A program made the position numbers and the translations under genes. A DNA stretch of 49,588 nucleotides, from contig CALVNE010000005.1 of the NCBI GenBank assembly GCA_944349515.1, positions 1-49,588 on the forward strand, written 5' to 3'. Under the pieces are notes generated by a model. The model saw only the letters and a list, made by a program, of their open reading frames with translations, was not told the origin of the DNA and made no database searches. Positions 25,475 through 35,981 of this stretch are shown here, piece by piece. Each line of letters starts with the position of its first letter. Within the stretch, counting starts at the first letter, position 1. This DNA comes from an uncultured Clostridia bacterium (lineage in GTDB: Bacteria > Bacillota > Clostridia > Christensenellales > UBA1242).

Positions 25475-26494
25475 ATGAAAGAAAAACTTGAACAAATTTT
25501 GAAGGACGCGTTAAAAGAAATTGACGAGTGCGCTGACGCCAAAAGTTTGGATGAGGTGAGAGTGCAAGTGCTAGGCAAGCAGGGGGCGCTCACGGCGATA
25601 CTTAGAAATATGCGCGAAGTGCCAATGGAGGAGCGAAAAGAAGTTGGCTCGCTTGCTAACGGCGTGCGCGAAAAAGTGGAAAACGCGCTAAAGAAAAGAG
25701 GCGAAAGTTTGGAAGAAAAGGCGCTCTCTCTTTCTATGGAAAAAGAAAAAGTGGATATAACCATGCCTAGTGTTGGCGTGAAAAAGGGCGCACTTCACCC
25801 GTTGACGCGCTTCAACAATAAGTTTATGGATATCTGCGTTGCCATGGGCTTCACTGTCATTCAAGGACCGGAGATTGACACCGATTACTACAACTTTGAG
25901 GCACTAAATGTGCCAAAAAATCACCCGGCGCGCGATATGCAAGACTCGCTCTATATCACCGACAACATACTTTTAAGGACGCAGACCTCGAACATGCAAG
26001 TGCACGCCATGGAGGAACTTAAACCACCATTTAAAATTGTCTGCCCGGGGCGCGTTTACCGAAACGACGATGACAGTTCTCACTCGCCAATATTCAACCA
26101 ATTTGAGGCGCTTGTGGTGGACGAAAATGTGGGACTAAAAGATTTGATGAAGATGATTGATGTCATTTTAAAACGCTTGTTTGGCGAGAATGTTAAAATG
26201 CGCGTGCGCCCGGCATACTTCCCATTCACTGAGCCTTCCATTGAGATTGACGCGACGTGCCAGATGTGTCAAGGCAAGGGTTGCTCGCTTTGTAAGGGTA
26301 CCGGATTTTCGGAAGTTTTCGGCGCGGGCGTGGTGAATCCAAAGGTGCTTGAAATGTCGGGAATTGACAGTAAAAAGTACAGTGGTTTTGCCTTCGGGCC
26401 GGGCATTGACAGAAGTGTTATGGTGACGAATAAAATTCCAAATATCAAATACCTATTCAGAAACGATATGCGCTTTTTAAAACAAATGCGCTAG
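25475..26494 (+). CDS. pheS: Phenylalanine-tRNA ligase alpha subunit
   Basis: NHPARDMQD, LLRTQTS, YFPFTEPS, GFAFG. True start ATG 25475 after AAGGAG. Confidence 0.96.
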   Translation: MKEKLEQILKDALKEIDECADAKSLDEVRVQVLGKQGALTAILRNMREVPMEERKEVGSLANGVREKVENALKKRGESLEEKALSLSMEKEKVDITMPSVGVKKGALHPLTRFNNKFMDICVAMGFTVIQGPEIDTDYYNFEALNVPKNHPARDMQDSLYITDNILLRTQTSNMQVHAMEELKPPFKIVCPGRVYRNDDDSSHSPIFNQFEALVVDENVGLKDLMKMIDVILKRLFGENVKMRVRPAYFPFTEPSIEIDATCQMCQGKGCSLCKGTGFSEVFGAGVVNPKVLEMSGIDSKKYSGFAFGPGIDRSVMVTNKIPNIKYLFRNDMRFLKQMR

Positions 26495-26536
26495 ATGTTG
26501 TTGTATTATGCTTGCATACTACACCATATATTGATA
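26491..26536. repeat. Paired NrdR-box-like dispersed element, copy 2 (inverted)
   Basis: Reverse complement CAATATATGG-TGTAGTATGCAAGCATAATACAA-CAACATCTAG; overlaps the pheS stop codon. Confidence 0.75.
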
Positions 26537-26573
26537 TTTAAAAGAACGACAAATTTTTGTTAAGGAGAGGAAA

Positions 26574-28970
26574 ATGAAAGTTTCGTATAATTGGCTGAAA
26601 GATTTTGTTGACATAGATGTTTCGCCGGAAGTGCTTGCGAGCAAACTTACGGTGTCGGGTTTTGAGGTGGAGGAGATAACCTATCAAAATGAACACCTTC
26701 ACGATGTTTATGTTGGGAAAATCACCAAAATGGAAAAGCATAAGGACGCCGACAAACTTCAAGTTTGCACAGTTGACGTAGGCGACAAGGTGGTGCAAAT
26801 TATCACCTCTGCGACCAACGTTTTTGAGGGCGCGGTTGTGCCTGTTTCGCTTGAGGGTGCGGACTTATGCAACGGCGTTAAAATTAAGCCGACAAATTTT
26901 AGAGGCGTGAAAAGCGACGGTATGTTTTGCTCCGGCGAGGAACTTGGTATTGACGAAAATTACATTGAGGGCGGTGGCGTTAACGGCATTTTGATTTTGC
27001 CTGAAAGCATGAAAATAGGCGAAAAAATTGAGGACGCGCTTATGCTAAACGATGTTGTTTTTGACATAAACGTGACGCCGAACCGACCGGATTGCAACAG
27101 CGTTATCGGCATTGCGCGCGAGATTTCAGCGTTATATAATCTTCCGCTCAAAGAGGTGGACTATTCCTATAAAACTTGTGGCGAAGATGTGAACAATTTT
27201 GTCTCGGTGGAGGTGCAAACAAAGAAGTGCCCGCGCTATATGGCGTCGTATATCAAGGACTTAAACTTGACGCGCTCGCCACTCTATTTTAGGGCAAGGC
27301 TTTTTGCCTCGGGCATCAAGCCGATAAACACCATTGTTGATATAACAAACTATGTTCTTCTTGAGCAAGGACAACCTATGCACGCGTTCGACTATGAACA
27401 CCTTGCTGGCAAAAAGATTGTCGTGCGCGACGCGAAAAAAGGCGAAAAAATTTCCGTTCTCAACGGCAACACTTACGAACTTGACGAAAACGATATGGTC
27501 ATCGCGGACGCTGAAAGGCCAGTGGTCATAGCGGGCGTTATTGGTGGAGTAAATTCGTGCGTCACTCCTTCAACAAAGGCGACGGTGTTTGAGTGCGCGG
27601 TATTTGACCTCAAAAGTGTGCGATTGACGAGCCGAAAGATTGGCGTAAGCACAGATTCCTCTCTTCGCTATTCAAAGGGTGTGTATGTGAACACGCCGAT
27701 AAACGCGCTTAAACGTGCCCTTCACCTTGTTGACGAACTCGGCGCCGGAAAGATTGTGGACGGCATCATCGACAAATATAGCGTGATAACAAGGCAGCGC
27801 TCTTTCACCGAGCCGATGAGCAAGGTTGATAAAATTTTGGGCATAAAAATTGAGCGAGAAAGGGTGCTTCAAATTTTAAACAGCCTTGGGCTTAACGCCA
27901 CACTTACAAATGACACGCTTCGTGTCAATCCGCCGTTCTATCGCGAGGATATCGAGTGCGCGAACGATATTGCGGAGGAGTTAATTCGCATATACGGCTA
28001 TGATGTTTACAACAATTTGGAGGGCGAGGCGTTCGAAAATTCCACTGTGACGGTGGGCGCGTATGAGCCACGCTTGGTGTTTGAAAACACTTTAAAAAAT
28101 CAACTTGTCGACTATGGCTTTTATGAAACTTTGAACTATTCCCTCTATTCCGCTACGGCTTGCGAAAAATTACTTATAAATGACGAGCGAAAGAATGTCA
28201 TTAAAATTGCTAATCCTATCAGCGAGGAACTTTCAACAGTCAGAACAGTTATGGCGCACGCGCTACTACTCGACATCAAATTCAACCTCTCGGTTGGCAA
28301 CAAAAACCTTAAGTTCTTTGAGGCGGGAAGGGTGTACCAGCCAAAGGCGCTACCTTTAACCGAACTTCCAATGGAAAATAACAGGCTTTCGATTGCGGTA
28401 TGCGAGGAGGGCTATGACTTCTTCATGCTGAAAAATGTTATGGAAAACCTTTTGATTTCTACCTCTTTAAAATATAAACTTGTGCGCTCAACTGAGCCGT
28501 ATCTTCACAGCGGGGTCAGTGCGGACATCATTGCAGGTGACGGCAAAAAGGTGGGATATTTCGGCAAAATTCACCCGAAAGTTTTGAAGAACTATGATAT
28601 TTCGCACGATGTCTACTATGCCGAACTTGACACCGACTACCTCTCTTCGTTAAAAGAGAAAACCTATGCCGTGAAAGAGGTTTCAAAGTTTGCCGAAGTC
28701 GAGCGCGATATTGCCGTTGTGGTCGACGAAGAGGTGACGAATGGCGAACTCACCTTTGCGATAAAATCCGCTTGCGGAAAGTTGTTTGCTGGCGTGGAAC
28801 TTTTCGATATTTATAGGAGCGCCTCGCTTGGCGAAAATAAGAAGAGTTTGGCGTATAAAATTCACCTTTTAAATGAAGAAAAAACGATGACGGCGGACGA
28901 GATAAACGCAGTTGTAAAAAAGGTTTTGAAAAGTTTGGAGTTTAGATATAAGGCAAAACTGCGCGCGTAA
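26574..28970 (+). CDS. pheT: Phenylalanine-tRNA ligase beta subunit
   Basis: MKVSYNWLKDFV, TPNRPDC, GQPMHAFD, AEELIRIYGYD, C-terminal RDIAVVV...KKSLAY. Confidence 0.97.
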   Translation: MKVSYNWLKDFVDIDVSPEVLASKLTVSGFEVEEITYQNEHLHDVYVGKITKMEKHKDADKLQVCTVDVGDKVVQIITSATNVFEGAVVPVSLEGADLCNGVKIKPTNFRGVKSDGMFCSGEELGIDENYIEGGGVNGILILPESMKIGEKIEDALMLNDVVFDINVTPNRPDCNSVIGIAREISALYNLPLKEVDYSYKTCGEDVNNFVSVEVQTKKCPRYMASYIKDLNLTRSPLYFRARLFASGIKPINTIVDITNYVLLEQGQPMHAFDYEHLAGKKIVVRDAKKGEKISVLNGNTYELDENDMVIADAERPVVIAGVIGGVNSCVTPSTKATVFECAVFDLKSVRLTSRKIGVSTDSSLRYSKGVYVNTPINALKRALHLVDELGAGKIVDGIIDKYSVITRQRSFTEPMSKVDKILGIKIERERVLQILNSLGLNATLTNDTLRVNPPFYREDIECANDIAEELIRIYGYDVYNNLEGEAFENSTVTVGAYEPRLVFENTLKNQLVDYGFYETLNYSLYSATACEKLLINDERKNVIKIANPISEELSTVRTVMAHALLLDIKFNLSVGNKNLKFFEAGRVYQPKALPLTELPMENNRLSIAVCEEGYDFFMLKNVMENLLISTSLKYKLVRSTEPYLHSGVSADIIAGDGKKVGYFGKIHPKVLKNYDISHDVYYAELDTDYLSSLKEKTYAVKEVSKFAEVERDIAVVVDEEVTNGELTFAIKSACGKLFAGVELFDIYRSASLGENKKSLAYKIHLLNEEKTMTADEINAVVKKVLKSLEFRYKAKLRA

Positions 28971-29305
28971 AATTTTTGGGCTAGTTTATGAAAACTTTGC
29001 TTTTAAATTTCCGTTGTTCATACAATTTGATTTTAATTAAAGTTGGTTAAAAATGCACAAAATTTGCTGATGTTTATTTTTCTGATTTTTAATGATACTT
29101 AAAATTTCTCATTTTCATTTTGATACTAATTTTCTTTATGGTATTATATAATACACATATGTACACTTATAATACCTATTTAATTACGGCTTATTTACAG
29201 CAAAAATATGATAAAATCACAAATAATTTTGGTGTGGAAAGTTTTTAGACTAAATAAAGGAAGTAGTTACATTAAATAAAGGATAACATTAAATAAAGGG
29301 GCGGT

Positions 29306-30427
29306 ATGATTTTTCTTGATAACGCGGGAACAACTAGGATGTTTGAGGAATGTGTGAAAACATATTCTCATTACGCGTGTGAGGAATTTTATAACCCTTC
29401 GGCTGTGTCGCGAAAAAGCGCACATGTCTACTCCGCGCTTGACGAGGTGAGGCGAGTTGTTTTAAGAAAGTTAGGCGCTGTTAAGGGAAACATCATCTTT
29501 ACCGGCGGGGCAACAGAAAGCAACAATCTCGCCATTAAGGGCGCGGTCAGAAATGGCGACTACGAATACATTTTCTCAAATGGCGAACATCCGTCCGTCT
29601 ATAATGTGGCAAAAAGTTTGCTCCTTGCTGGGCGAAAGGTCAAGTTTGTGGGCTTAAACGAAAAAGGCACTGTCAACTTTGACGAACTGAAAGAGGCGCT
29701 CAGCGAAAAGACGAGGCTTATTTCTTTGATGCTTGTTAGCAACGAAACGGGCGCCATTAATGACATTAAAAAGGTTGTGGCGCTTAAAAACGAGTTGGCG
29801 CCAAAGGCGCTTGTGCACGTTGACGCCGTGCAAGGCTTTATGAAAATTCCCTTTTCAGTGGAAGATTTGGGCGTGGATATGGTGTCGTTCAGCGCGCATA
29901 AATTTCACGGACCGAAGGGCGTGGGCGGGCTGTATTTAAAGTCGCTTACGCTTGTAAAGAACATTGTCGACGGCGGTGGGCAGGAGTATGGCTTGCGCTC
30001 TGGCACCGAAAATGTGCCGGCGATTATGGCGCTTAAAACGGCGCTTGAAAAGATTGATGTTAAAGAAAATCTCAAAAATGTCACAAAGTTAAAAGAGGTT
30101 TTTAACAAGGCGGTGCGCGCGGACGAAAGAATAAAGATTCTCGATTTTCACGGCTCGCCATATATTGAGGTTTTGGTGTTTCCCGGCGTGAAAGGGGAAA
30201 CCATGCTTCACGCGCTGGAAGAAAAGGGCGTTATTGTTGGGCTTGGCAGTGCTTGCTCGGCTAAAAAAGCGGGCAATAGAATTTTGGAGAATATTGGGTA
30301 TAATAAAGAGGATATCCTCTCCTCATGTCGAATTAGTTTTAATGCTTACATGACGGAAAGCGAAGTGCGCGAGGCGGGTGAGAAGATAGTGGAAACTTAC
30401 GGCAAAATGCTACAGAAACTTAAATAG
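29306..30427 (+). CDS. iscS: Cysteine desulfurase (IscS/NifS family, ThiI partner)
   Basis: FLDNAGTT, HVDAVQ, SAHKFHGPKG (PLP Lys), RSGTEN, GSACS (catalytic Cys). Confidence 0.92.
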   Translation: MIFLDNAGTTRMFEECVKTYSHYACEEFYNPSAVSRKSAHVYSALDEVRRVVLRKLGAVKGNIIFTGGATESNNLAIKGAVRNGDYEYIFSNGEHPSVYNVAKSLLLAGRKVKFVGLNEKGTVNFDELKEALSEKTRLISLMLVSNETGAINDIKKVVALKNELAPKALVHVDAVQGFMKIPFSVEDLGVDMVSFSAHKFHGPKGVGGLYLKSLTLVKNIVDGGGQEYGLRSGTENVPAIMALKTALEKIDVKENLKNVTKLKEVFNKAVRADERIKILDFHGSPYIEVLVFPGVKGETMLHALEEKGVIVGLGSACSAKKAGNRILENIGYNKEDILSSCRISFNAYMTESEVREAGEKIVETYGKMLQKLK

Positions 30428-30440
30428 GTGCGAGGCTATT

Positions 30441-31601
30441 ATGGAAGAAAAACGAGTACTACTTTTAAAATTCGGCGAACTTTTTTTGAAAGGGAAAAAT
30501 AAGCACGAATTTGAAAAACTTTTAATGGAAAATATAAGGCGCAAACTTGCGGGCTTTGATTTTTCGTTGGAGTTTACAAGTGGACGAATAATAATTGAAA
30601 ACTACGACGAGTCTATAGAAAGCGTATTAATTCAAAAACTGCAAACCGTCTTTGGGCTTATCGGTATTGCGCGGGCGGTGGAAATAGAGGGAGAGGTCGA
30701 AAGTATAAAGAGTTATGTTTCCTCGCTTAAAATTTCCGGCACTTTTAGGGTGAGCGCTAAGCGTGCCGATAAGCGTTTTCCGCTCACTTCTGTGGAACTA
30801 GAAAAAGTTTTGGGCGAAGTTGTGTTACAAAATAACGAGAGCGCCAAAGTGGACTTGCATACGCCAAAAACCACTTTGAATGTTGAGGTGCGCTTTAACG
30901 GGAAGTGCTATGTCTACTACGAAAACATTAGGTGTGCGGGCGGGCTACCACTCGGCTCGGCGGGTGAGGCGCTTCTCCTTCTCTCTGGCGGAATTGACAG
31001 CCCTGTTGCGGGCTACCTAATGGCAAAGCGCGGGCTTAAAATTCACGCGGTTCACTTCCACTCCTATCCATACACCAGCGAGCAAGCAAAGGAGAAGGTG
31101 ATAACTCTCGCGCGAGAACTTACGAACTACGTCGACGAGATAAAATTACATATCGTATCTTTCACAAAAATTCAAGAGCAAATACATATGAACTGCGACG
31201 CGGAGTATATGATAACTATCATGCGCAGAATTATGATGCGAATCGCTGAGAAGATTTGTCAGCGCGAAAACTTAGGCGCCATTATCACAGGTGAGAGTTT
31301 GGGGCAAGTTGCCAGCCAAACCATGCAAAGCATAAATGTCACAAACTCCGTTGTTTCACTACCAGTTTTTCGTCCGCTTATCGGCTTTGATAAGGAGGAT
31401 ATCATGGCAATCGCGAAGAATATCGGCACGTATGACACGTCCATTTTGCCGTACGAAGATTGTTGCACGGTGTTTTTGCCGAAATATCCTGTCATAAAGC
31501 CGACGATTAAACGCGCCGAACATCTCGAAAGATATTTGAACATTGACGCGCTTGCTAAGGAGGCGATAGAGACGGAAGAGGTGCTTATTATTAAAAATTG
31601 A
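30441..31601 (+). CDS. thiI: tRNA 4-thiouridine synthase ThiI
   Basis: GELFLKGKN, THUMP domain, SGGIDSPVA, GESLGQVASQT, PYEDCC. Confidence 0.96.
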   Translation: MEEKRVLLLKFGELFLKGKNKHEFEKLLMENIRRKLAGFDFSLEFTSGRIIIENYDESIESVLIQKLQTVFGLIGIARAVEIEGEVESIKSYVSSLKISGTFRVSAKRADKRFPLTSVELEKVLGEVVLQNNESAKVDLHTPKTTLNVEVRFNGKCYVYYENIRCAGGLPLGSAGEALLLLSGGIDSPVAGYLMAKRGLKIHAVHFHSYPYTSEQAKEKVITLARELTNYVDEIKLHIVSFTKIQEQIHMNCDAEYMITIMRRIMMRIAEKICQRENLGAIITGESLGQVASQTMQSINVTNSVVSLPVFRPLIGFDKEDIMAIAKNIGTYDTSILPYEDCCTVFLPKYPVIKPTIKRAEHLERYLNIDALAKEAIETEEVLIIKN

Positions 31602-31783
31602 CCTAAAAATTTTACATAGATTAAAAGAAAATTATTGTTTAATCCTCAAAATTTAATTTTGACCAATAAATTTTAGCCAAGAAATATGATTTTAACTATA
31701 TGCTAAAATTATTTATTTTTGTCTATAAATATAAGCCGGTGTTTTATAAATTTTCCTTTTTTCAAATTTATATAAAAAATTTA

Positions 31784-31876
31784 TGTATAAATATGCAAAC
31801 AAACGCTTGCATATTTATAAATTTTATTGTATAATAATTAAAACAAACTGCATAATCATGAATTTATATTTATGCA
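31784..31876 (+). promoter_or_regulatory. argR promoter with multiple ARG-box-like sites
   Basis: TTGCAT-17 nt-TATAAT (31807-31835). Boxes TGTATAAATATGCA, TGCATATTTATAAA, TGCATAATCATGAA, TTTATATTTATGCA. Confidence 0.7.
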
Positions 31877-31930
31877 AAAATCCCTACAATCCGCTATTTT
31901 AGGAGGGTGTAGGCGTTTAAGGAGAAGGAT

Positions 31931-32383
31931 ATGGCAAGAAGTTTAAGACAGTCTAAAATTTTGGAGTTAATCTCTATAAAAGAGATTGAAACGCAGGATG
32001 AACTGGCAAAAGAACTTAAAAATGCCAACTTTGACATCACGCAAGCCACCATTTCGCGCGATATCAAGGAACTTGGACTGACTAAAATTCAGTCATCAAG
32101 CGGAAAATATAAGTACGCCATTTTGGGGAATGACCAGCAGGGCATTTCGAATAAATATATCAACATCTTCAAAGAGTGCGTCATCTCTGTGAAAAATGCT
32201 TTGAACCTTGCCGTGATTAAAACCATTAAAGGCATGGGCGGAAGCGTGGCATCATTTATCGACAAACTCAACCTCATCGACCTTATGGGCACCACCTTTG
32301 GCGACGACACCGTGCTTCTCGTTTTCCCGTCCACCGCGCTGTCGAGCGAGGCTGTGGCGACACTCAATAACATTTTGGTATAG
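31931..32383 (+). CDS. argR: Arginine repressor
   Basis: RQSKILELI, TQDEL, TQATISRDIKEL, GTTFGDDT; argR-recN synteny. Confidence 0.95.
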   Translation: MARSLRQSKILELISIKEIETQDELAKELKNANFDITQATISRDIKELGLTKIQSSSGKYKYAILGNDQQGISNKYINIFKECVISVKNALNLAVIKTIKGMGGSVASFIDKLNLIDLMGTTFGDDTVLLVFPSTALSSEAVATLNNILV

Positions 32384-32392
32384 GAGGGAGTT

Positions 32393-34045
32393 ATGCTTTC
32401 TTCTCTTTTTATTTCTAACCTCGCTCTCATCAAAAATTGCGAAATAAATTTTGATAAGGGCTTCAACGTGATTTTAGGGCAGTCGGGCGCCGGCAAGAGC
32501 ATTCTTATCGACGCCATAAGTTTTGTGCTGGGCGCGAAGGCGGATAAGACGCTTCTTCGAACCGGCGAGAATCTTATGAAAGTTGAGGCAATTTTCGATA
32601 GTGTTAGCGAAAAAACTAAGGCGAAACTTAACGAACTTGGCATAGACTTTGACGACCAACTCGTCATTTCGCGCACGCTGAGCGCCGACGGCAAAAGTGT
32701 GATACGCGTCAATGGCTCGGTTGTTGTTCTGAAAGCGCTTAAAGAGATAACGGCGGACTTTGTCGACTTTTGCGGACAGCATGACAGCGTTGGGTTAATC
32801 AATGTTAACAACCACCTCGCTTTCCTCGATAGGTTTGTGGGTGGCGAGGCGGAAGGGTACTTAAGCGCGCTAAATGAGCAGTTTGACCGCCTTCAAGACG
32901 TGGAGAAAAAGATTAAGGCGCTAGGCGGAGATGACAGCGAACGCAATAGGCTGAAAGAGATTTTAAAATTCCAAATTGACGAAATTGAAAGCGCTAGACT
33001 AACGCTTGGCGAAGAAGAGGAACTGCGCGATAAATTCAATTACATATCATCGGCGGAAAAGATAAGTGAGAATGTCGGCGAGGCGTTAAACCTTCTCGAA
33101 CGCGAAAATAGTTCCGCGACCGGCAATGTGTATGAGGCGAAAAATCTTCTATCCTCGCTTGGTGCATTTGAGAATATCGACGAGTGTAAGGAGCGCCTTA
33201 ACAGCGTGTACTATGAACTGAAAGATGTCGCGGAAACGCTGGAGGGCATTTTGGACGGCGCCGATTTCGACCCAATAATGCTCGAAAAAATTGACAAGCG
33301 CCTCGACCTTATCAAAGATTTAAAGCGAAAATACGGCAAAAGTGTTGACGAAATTCTCGCCTTTTGCGACAATGCCAAAAAGAGGTTAGAGGAACTTGAC
33401 AACAGCGAGGAAGTGCTTGGAAAACTTGAAAAAGAAAGACAAAGCGTGCAAAATGAAATTGGCAGTACGGCAGAAAAACTTTCCACTTTAAGAAAGGAAA
33501 GGGCGCGGGTTTTGGAAAAAGATTTAGAAAGAGAACTTGAAGATTTGCAAATGAAAGGTACAACTTTTAAGGTAAATTTTGAGCCTTGCGCACCAACGAG
33601 AAAGGGCTGTGACGAGGTCCGCTTTATCTTCTCGGCAAACCTTGGGCAAGAAATGAAAGATTTGTCTAAAACTGCATCTGGCGGGGAACTTTCTAGGCTC
33701 CTTCTTGCTTTTAAAAATATCATGCTTGATAAAGAAAGCACGGTTATCTTTGATGAAATTGACTCAGGTATAAGCGGTCAGACAGCAGGAAAGGTAGCTG
33801 AGAAGCTAAAAAATATCTCAAAATATCTTCAAACAATCTGCATAACGCATACGCCAGTGGTTGCAAGCAAGGGCGACGAGTTTATTTTGGTGACAAAAGA
33901 AAGTGTTGGCAATGAAACAATATCTCATGCGAAGATAATTCATGATGAGGAAGTTGTGAAAGAAATTGCCAACCTAATTGATGGAAGCGAAAAAATTTCA
34001 GAAACAGCCATAAATCACGCCAAAGAATTGTTGTTAAAGAAGTAA
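32393..34045 (+). CDS. recN: DNA repair protein RecN
   Basis: GQSGAGKS, GQHD, long coiled coil, ASGGELSR, IFDEIDSG, ITH. Confidence 0.95.
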   Translation: MLSSLFISNLALIKNCEINFDKGFNVILGQSGAGKSILIDAISFVLGAKADKTLLRTGENLMKVEAIFDSVSEKTKAKLNELGIDFDDQLVISRTLSADGKSVIRVNGSVVVLKALKEITADFVDFCGQHDSVGLINVNNHLAFLDRFVGGEAEGYLSALNEQFDRLQDVEKKIKALGGDDSERNRLKEILKFQIDEIESARLTLGEEEELRDKFNYISSAEKISENVGEALNLLERENSSATGNVYEAKNLLSSLGAFENIDECKERLNSVYYELKDVAETLEGILDGADFDPIMLEKIDKRLDLIKDLKRKYGKSVDEILAFCDNAKKRLEELDNSEEVLGKLEKERQSVQNEIGSTAEKLSTLRKERARVLEKDLERELEDLQMKGTTFKVNFEPCAPTRKGCDEVRFIFSANLGQEMKDLSKTASGGELSRLLLAFKNIMLDKESTVIFDEIDSGISGQTAGKVAEKLKNISKYLQTICITHTPVVASKGDEFILVTKESVGNETISHAKIIHDEEVVKEIANLIDGSEKISETAINHAKELLLKK

Positions 34046-34117
34046 ACAAAAATTGGAGCATTATAAAAAATGGCAATAACATTCGGAAAGATGTGAAGTT
34101 TATTTATGACGAGATAA

Positions 34118-34282
34118 ATTAAGGTGGAATATTCTACAAATGCTAGGGGATTTTCTGGACACTACGATATGATGGAATGTCGAATGATGTCAAAAGAAAG
34201 CTCCGCTCAAAACATTGAACAGGTATTTGTGCCAGAAGATATAGTATTGACGAAATCGGTTAATTGTGTTTTTGACGCTTAG
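34118..34282 (+). pseudogene. Possible C-terminal fragment of a SIMPL/DUF541-like gene
   Basis: Start-less frame IKVEYS...MM...FVPEDIVLTKSVNCVFDA*, preceded by an in-frame stop; resemblance judged by eye only. Confidence 0.3.
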
Positions 34283-34296
34283 AAAAATTTAAAAAT

Positions 34297-34344
34297 AAAA
34301 GAGAGAAAGTTGTAAGCTATATGGTTAAAATTTCTCTCTTTTTT
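34297..34344. terminator. Bidirectional terminator
   Basis: AAAAGAGAGAAA/TTTCTCTCTTTT inverted repeat between convergent genes. Confidence 0.65.
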
Positions 34345-34356
34345 AAATTTTAGCAT

Positions 34357-35121
34357 TTAGTTGTTTATATTTCTATACATTTCTTTGTTAATTAAATATT
34401 TATTTGGAGTGTATGAAGGCAATCGTTCGTTTCCCCAGTATATATTAGGATGCTTATATAGTTTATAGCCATTTCCAAAATTTTGGTAGGACATAACATC
34501 AAAATCTGGAACGCTGTTTATTAATATACTTCCAAACTGCACACTTTTACCAAATTGTTTACTTATTCTTTCCACTTCTTTTGTTGTTTCAATTAAACCT
34601 CTAATATCACACCAACTAGCGTTTGTAGCACTGGCAAAAGGAGAATTTGGACCATACACAGGGGCTGCATTTGGATGTGTATGACCTTGAAAAAGAACAG
34701 GTTTTTTATAATTTGAATACTTTATAAATTCATTTACCCTTTTATTTATTAGTTGAAAAGAAGGAGTGTCTCTATATTCATCTTCAAATGCCATATTGAT
34801 TTTTCGGCCTTGCCTGATTGCAGTATAGTATTCATCATAGTTTGAAAGAATGTCTGTAATCATCACATCATAATTATCTAATTCATAACCAAACATAAAA
34901 AATCCTAATTCATTAACAGTGTTACGTTTGGCATTTTCACCTAATGTGTTTATTATGTTAGTTAATTCTTTGCCTAAATCTTTTGATATAATAATCTTCC
35001 CATGTAAAGTAGGAAACATATTTTGAGAAACTAAATTTATTTCTTCATCCGAAGCGACTTTACCTTTTTCGGCAACATAGCCTAAACCTTGATTTTTTAA
35101 TACTTGTTCAACAATATGCAT
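34357..35121 (-). CDS. Standalone JAB/MPN-like metalloprotein, AT-rich
   Basis: NELGFFMFG...GHTHP...ASWCD fits the E-xn-HxH-xn-SxxD JAMM pattern; AGGAG RBS. Confidence 0.55.
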   Translation of the reverse strand: MHIVEQVLKNQGLGYVAEKGKVASDEEINLVSQNMFPTLHGKIIISKDLGKELTNIINTLGENAKRNTVNELGFFMFGYELDNYDVMITDILSNYDEYYTAIRQGRKINMAFEDEYRDTPSFQLINKRVNEFIKYSNYKKPVLFQGHTHPNAAPVYGPNSPFASATNASWCDIRGLIETTKEVERISKQFGKSVQFGSILINSVPDFDVMSYQNFGNGYKLYKHPNIYWGNERLPSYTPNKYLINKEMYRNINN

Positions 35122-35277
35122 AAATAACTCCTATTAATTATAATACCATAAAAAATTATAATTAGCAAGTAGTTCGAATTATCTTTTTATAAAGATAGTA
35201 TCTCAAATTTCAATCATATATCACGCACTTGTGCCATTTCATTTGACAAAATTGTCAAAATATTTTAAACTTAGTGT

Positions 35278-35766
35278 ATGAGAGTTTTAGGAATTGACCC
35301 CGGCTATGCGATTGTGGGGTATGGCATTATTGAGACGAGTGATAATAACAGGGTGATTGACTATGGCGTGATTGAAACACCTAAAGAGGACCCGTTGCCG
35401 ATAAGGCTTCAGCATATCGATGAGGCACTTAGGGTTATCTTTGAAACTTATAGACCCGATGAGGTGGCGATTGAGGAACTTTTCTATTTCAAGAACCAAA
35501 AGACTGTCATTCAGGTGGCGCAGGCGCGCGGAGTGATTGTGCTGGCAAGTCAAAAATATTGCGGGCGCACTTTTGAATACACACCTATCCAAATCAAGCA
35601 GGCGCTGACAGGCAATGGTCATGCAGAGAAAAGGCAAATGCAGTATATGGTTAAAAATGTGCTAGGTCTTAAAGATATACCGCGTCCAGACGATGCAGCA
35701 GATGCGCTTGCGGTGGCGATATGTCATGGGCAGATAAATCCTAGACTCAATTTTAATATGATGTAA
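35278..35766 (+). CDS. ruvC: Holliday junction resolvase RuvC
   Basis: LGIDPG, AIEELF, QARGV, EYTP, PDDAADALAVA. Confidence 0.96.
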   Translation: MRVLGIDPGYAIVGYGIIETSDNNRVIDYGVIETPKEDPLPIRLQHIDEALRVIFETYRPDEVAIEELFYFKNQKTVIQVAQARGVIVLASQKYCGRTFEYTPIQIKQALTGNGHAEKRQMQYMVKNVLGLKDIPRPDDAADALAVAICHGQINPRLNFNMM

Positions 35767-35981
35767 AAAATATGAGACATTTACCAAATTATTTTAAAAC
35801 GAAAAAGGTGCGGTTTAAGTGGAAAAAGATGTGGTTTGCTTAAAAAAGTCATTTACAAAATTCGCCTAAAACAAACTTAACAAAAAATTATGATATAGCA
35901 AAAATTTTCGCAAAAAAGCAAAATTTTGATATTATTAAGTGGTTTTTGTAAAAAAAACTAACAAATTTTAGTGAGGAAGAT

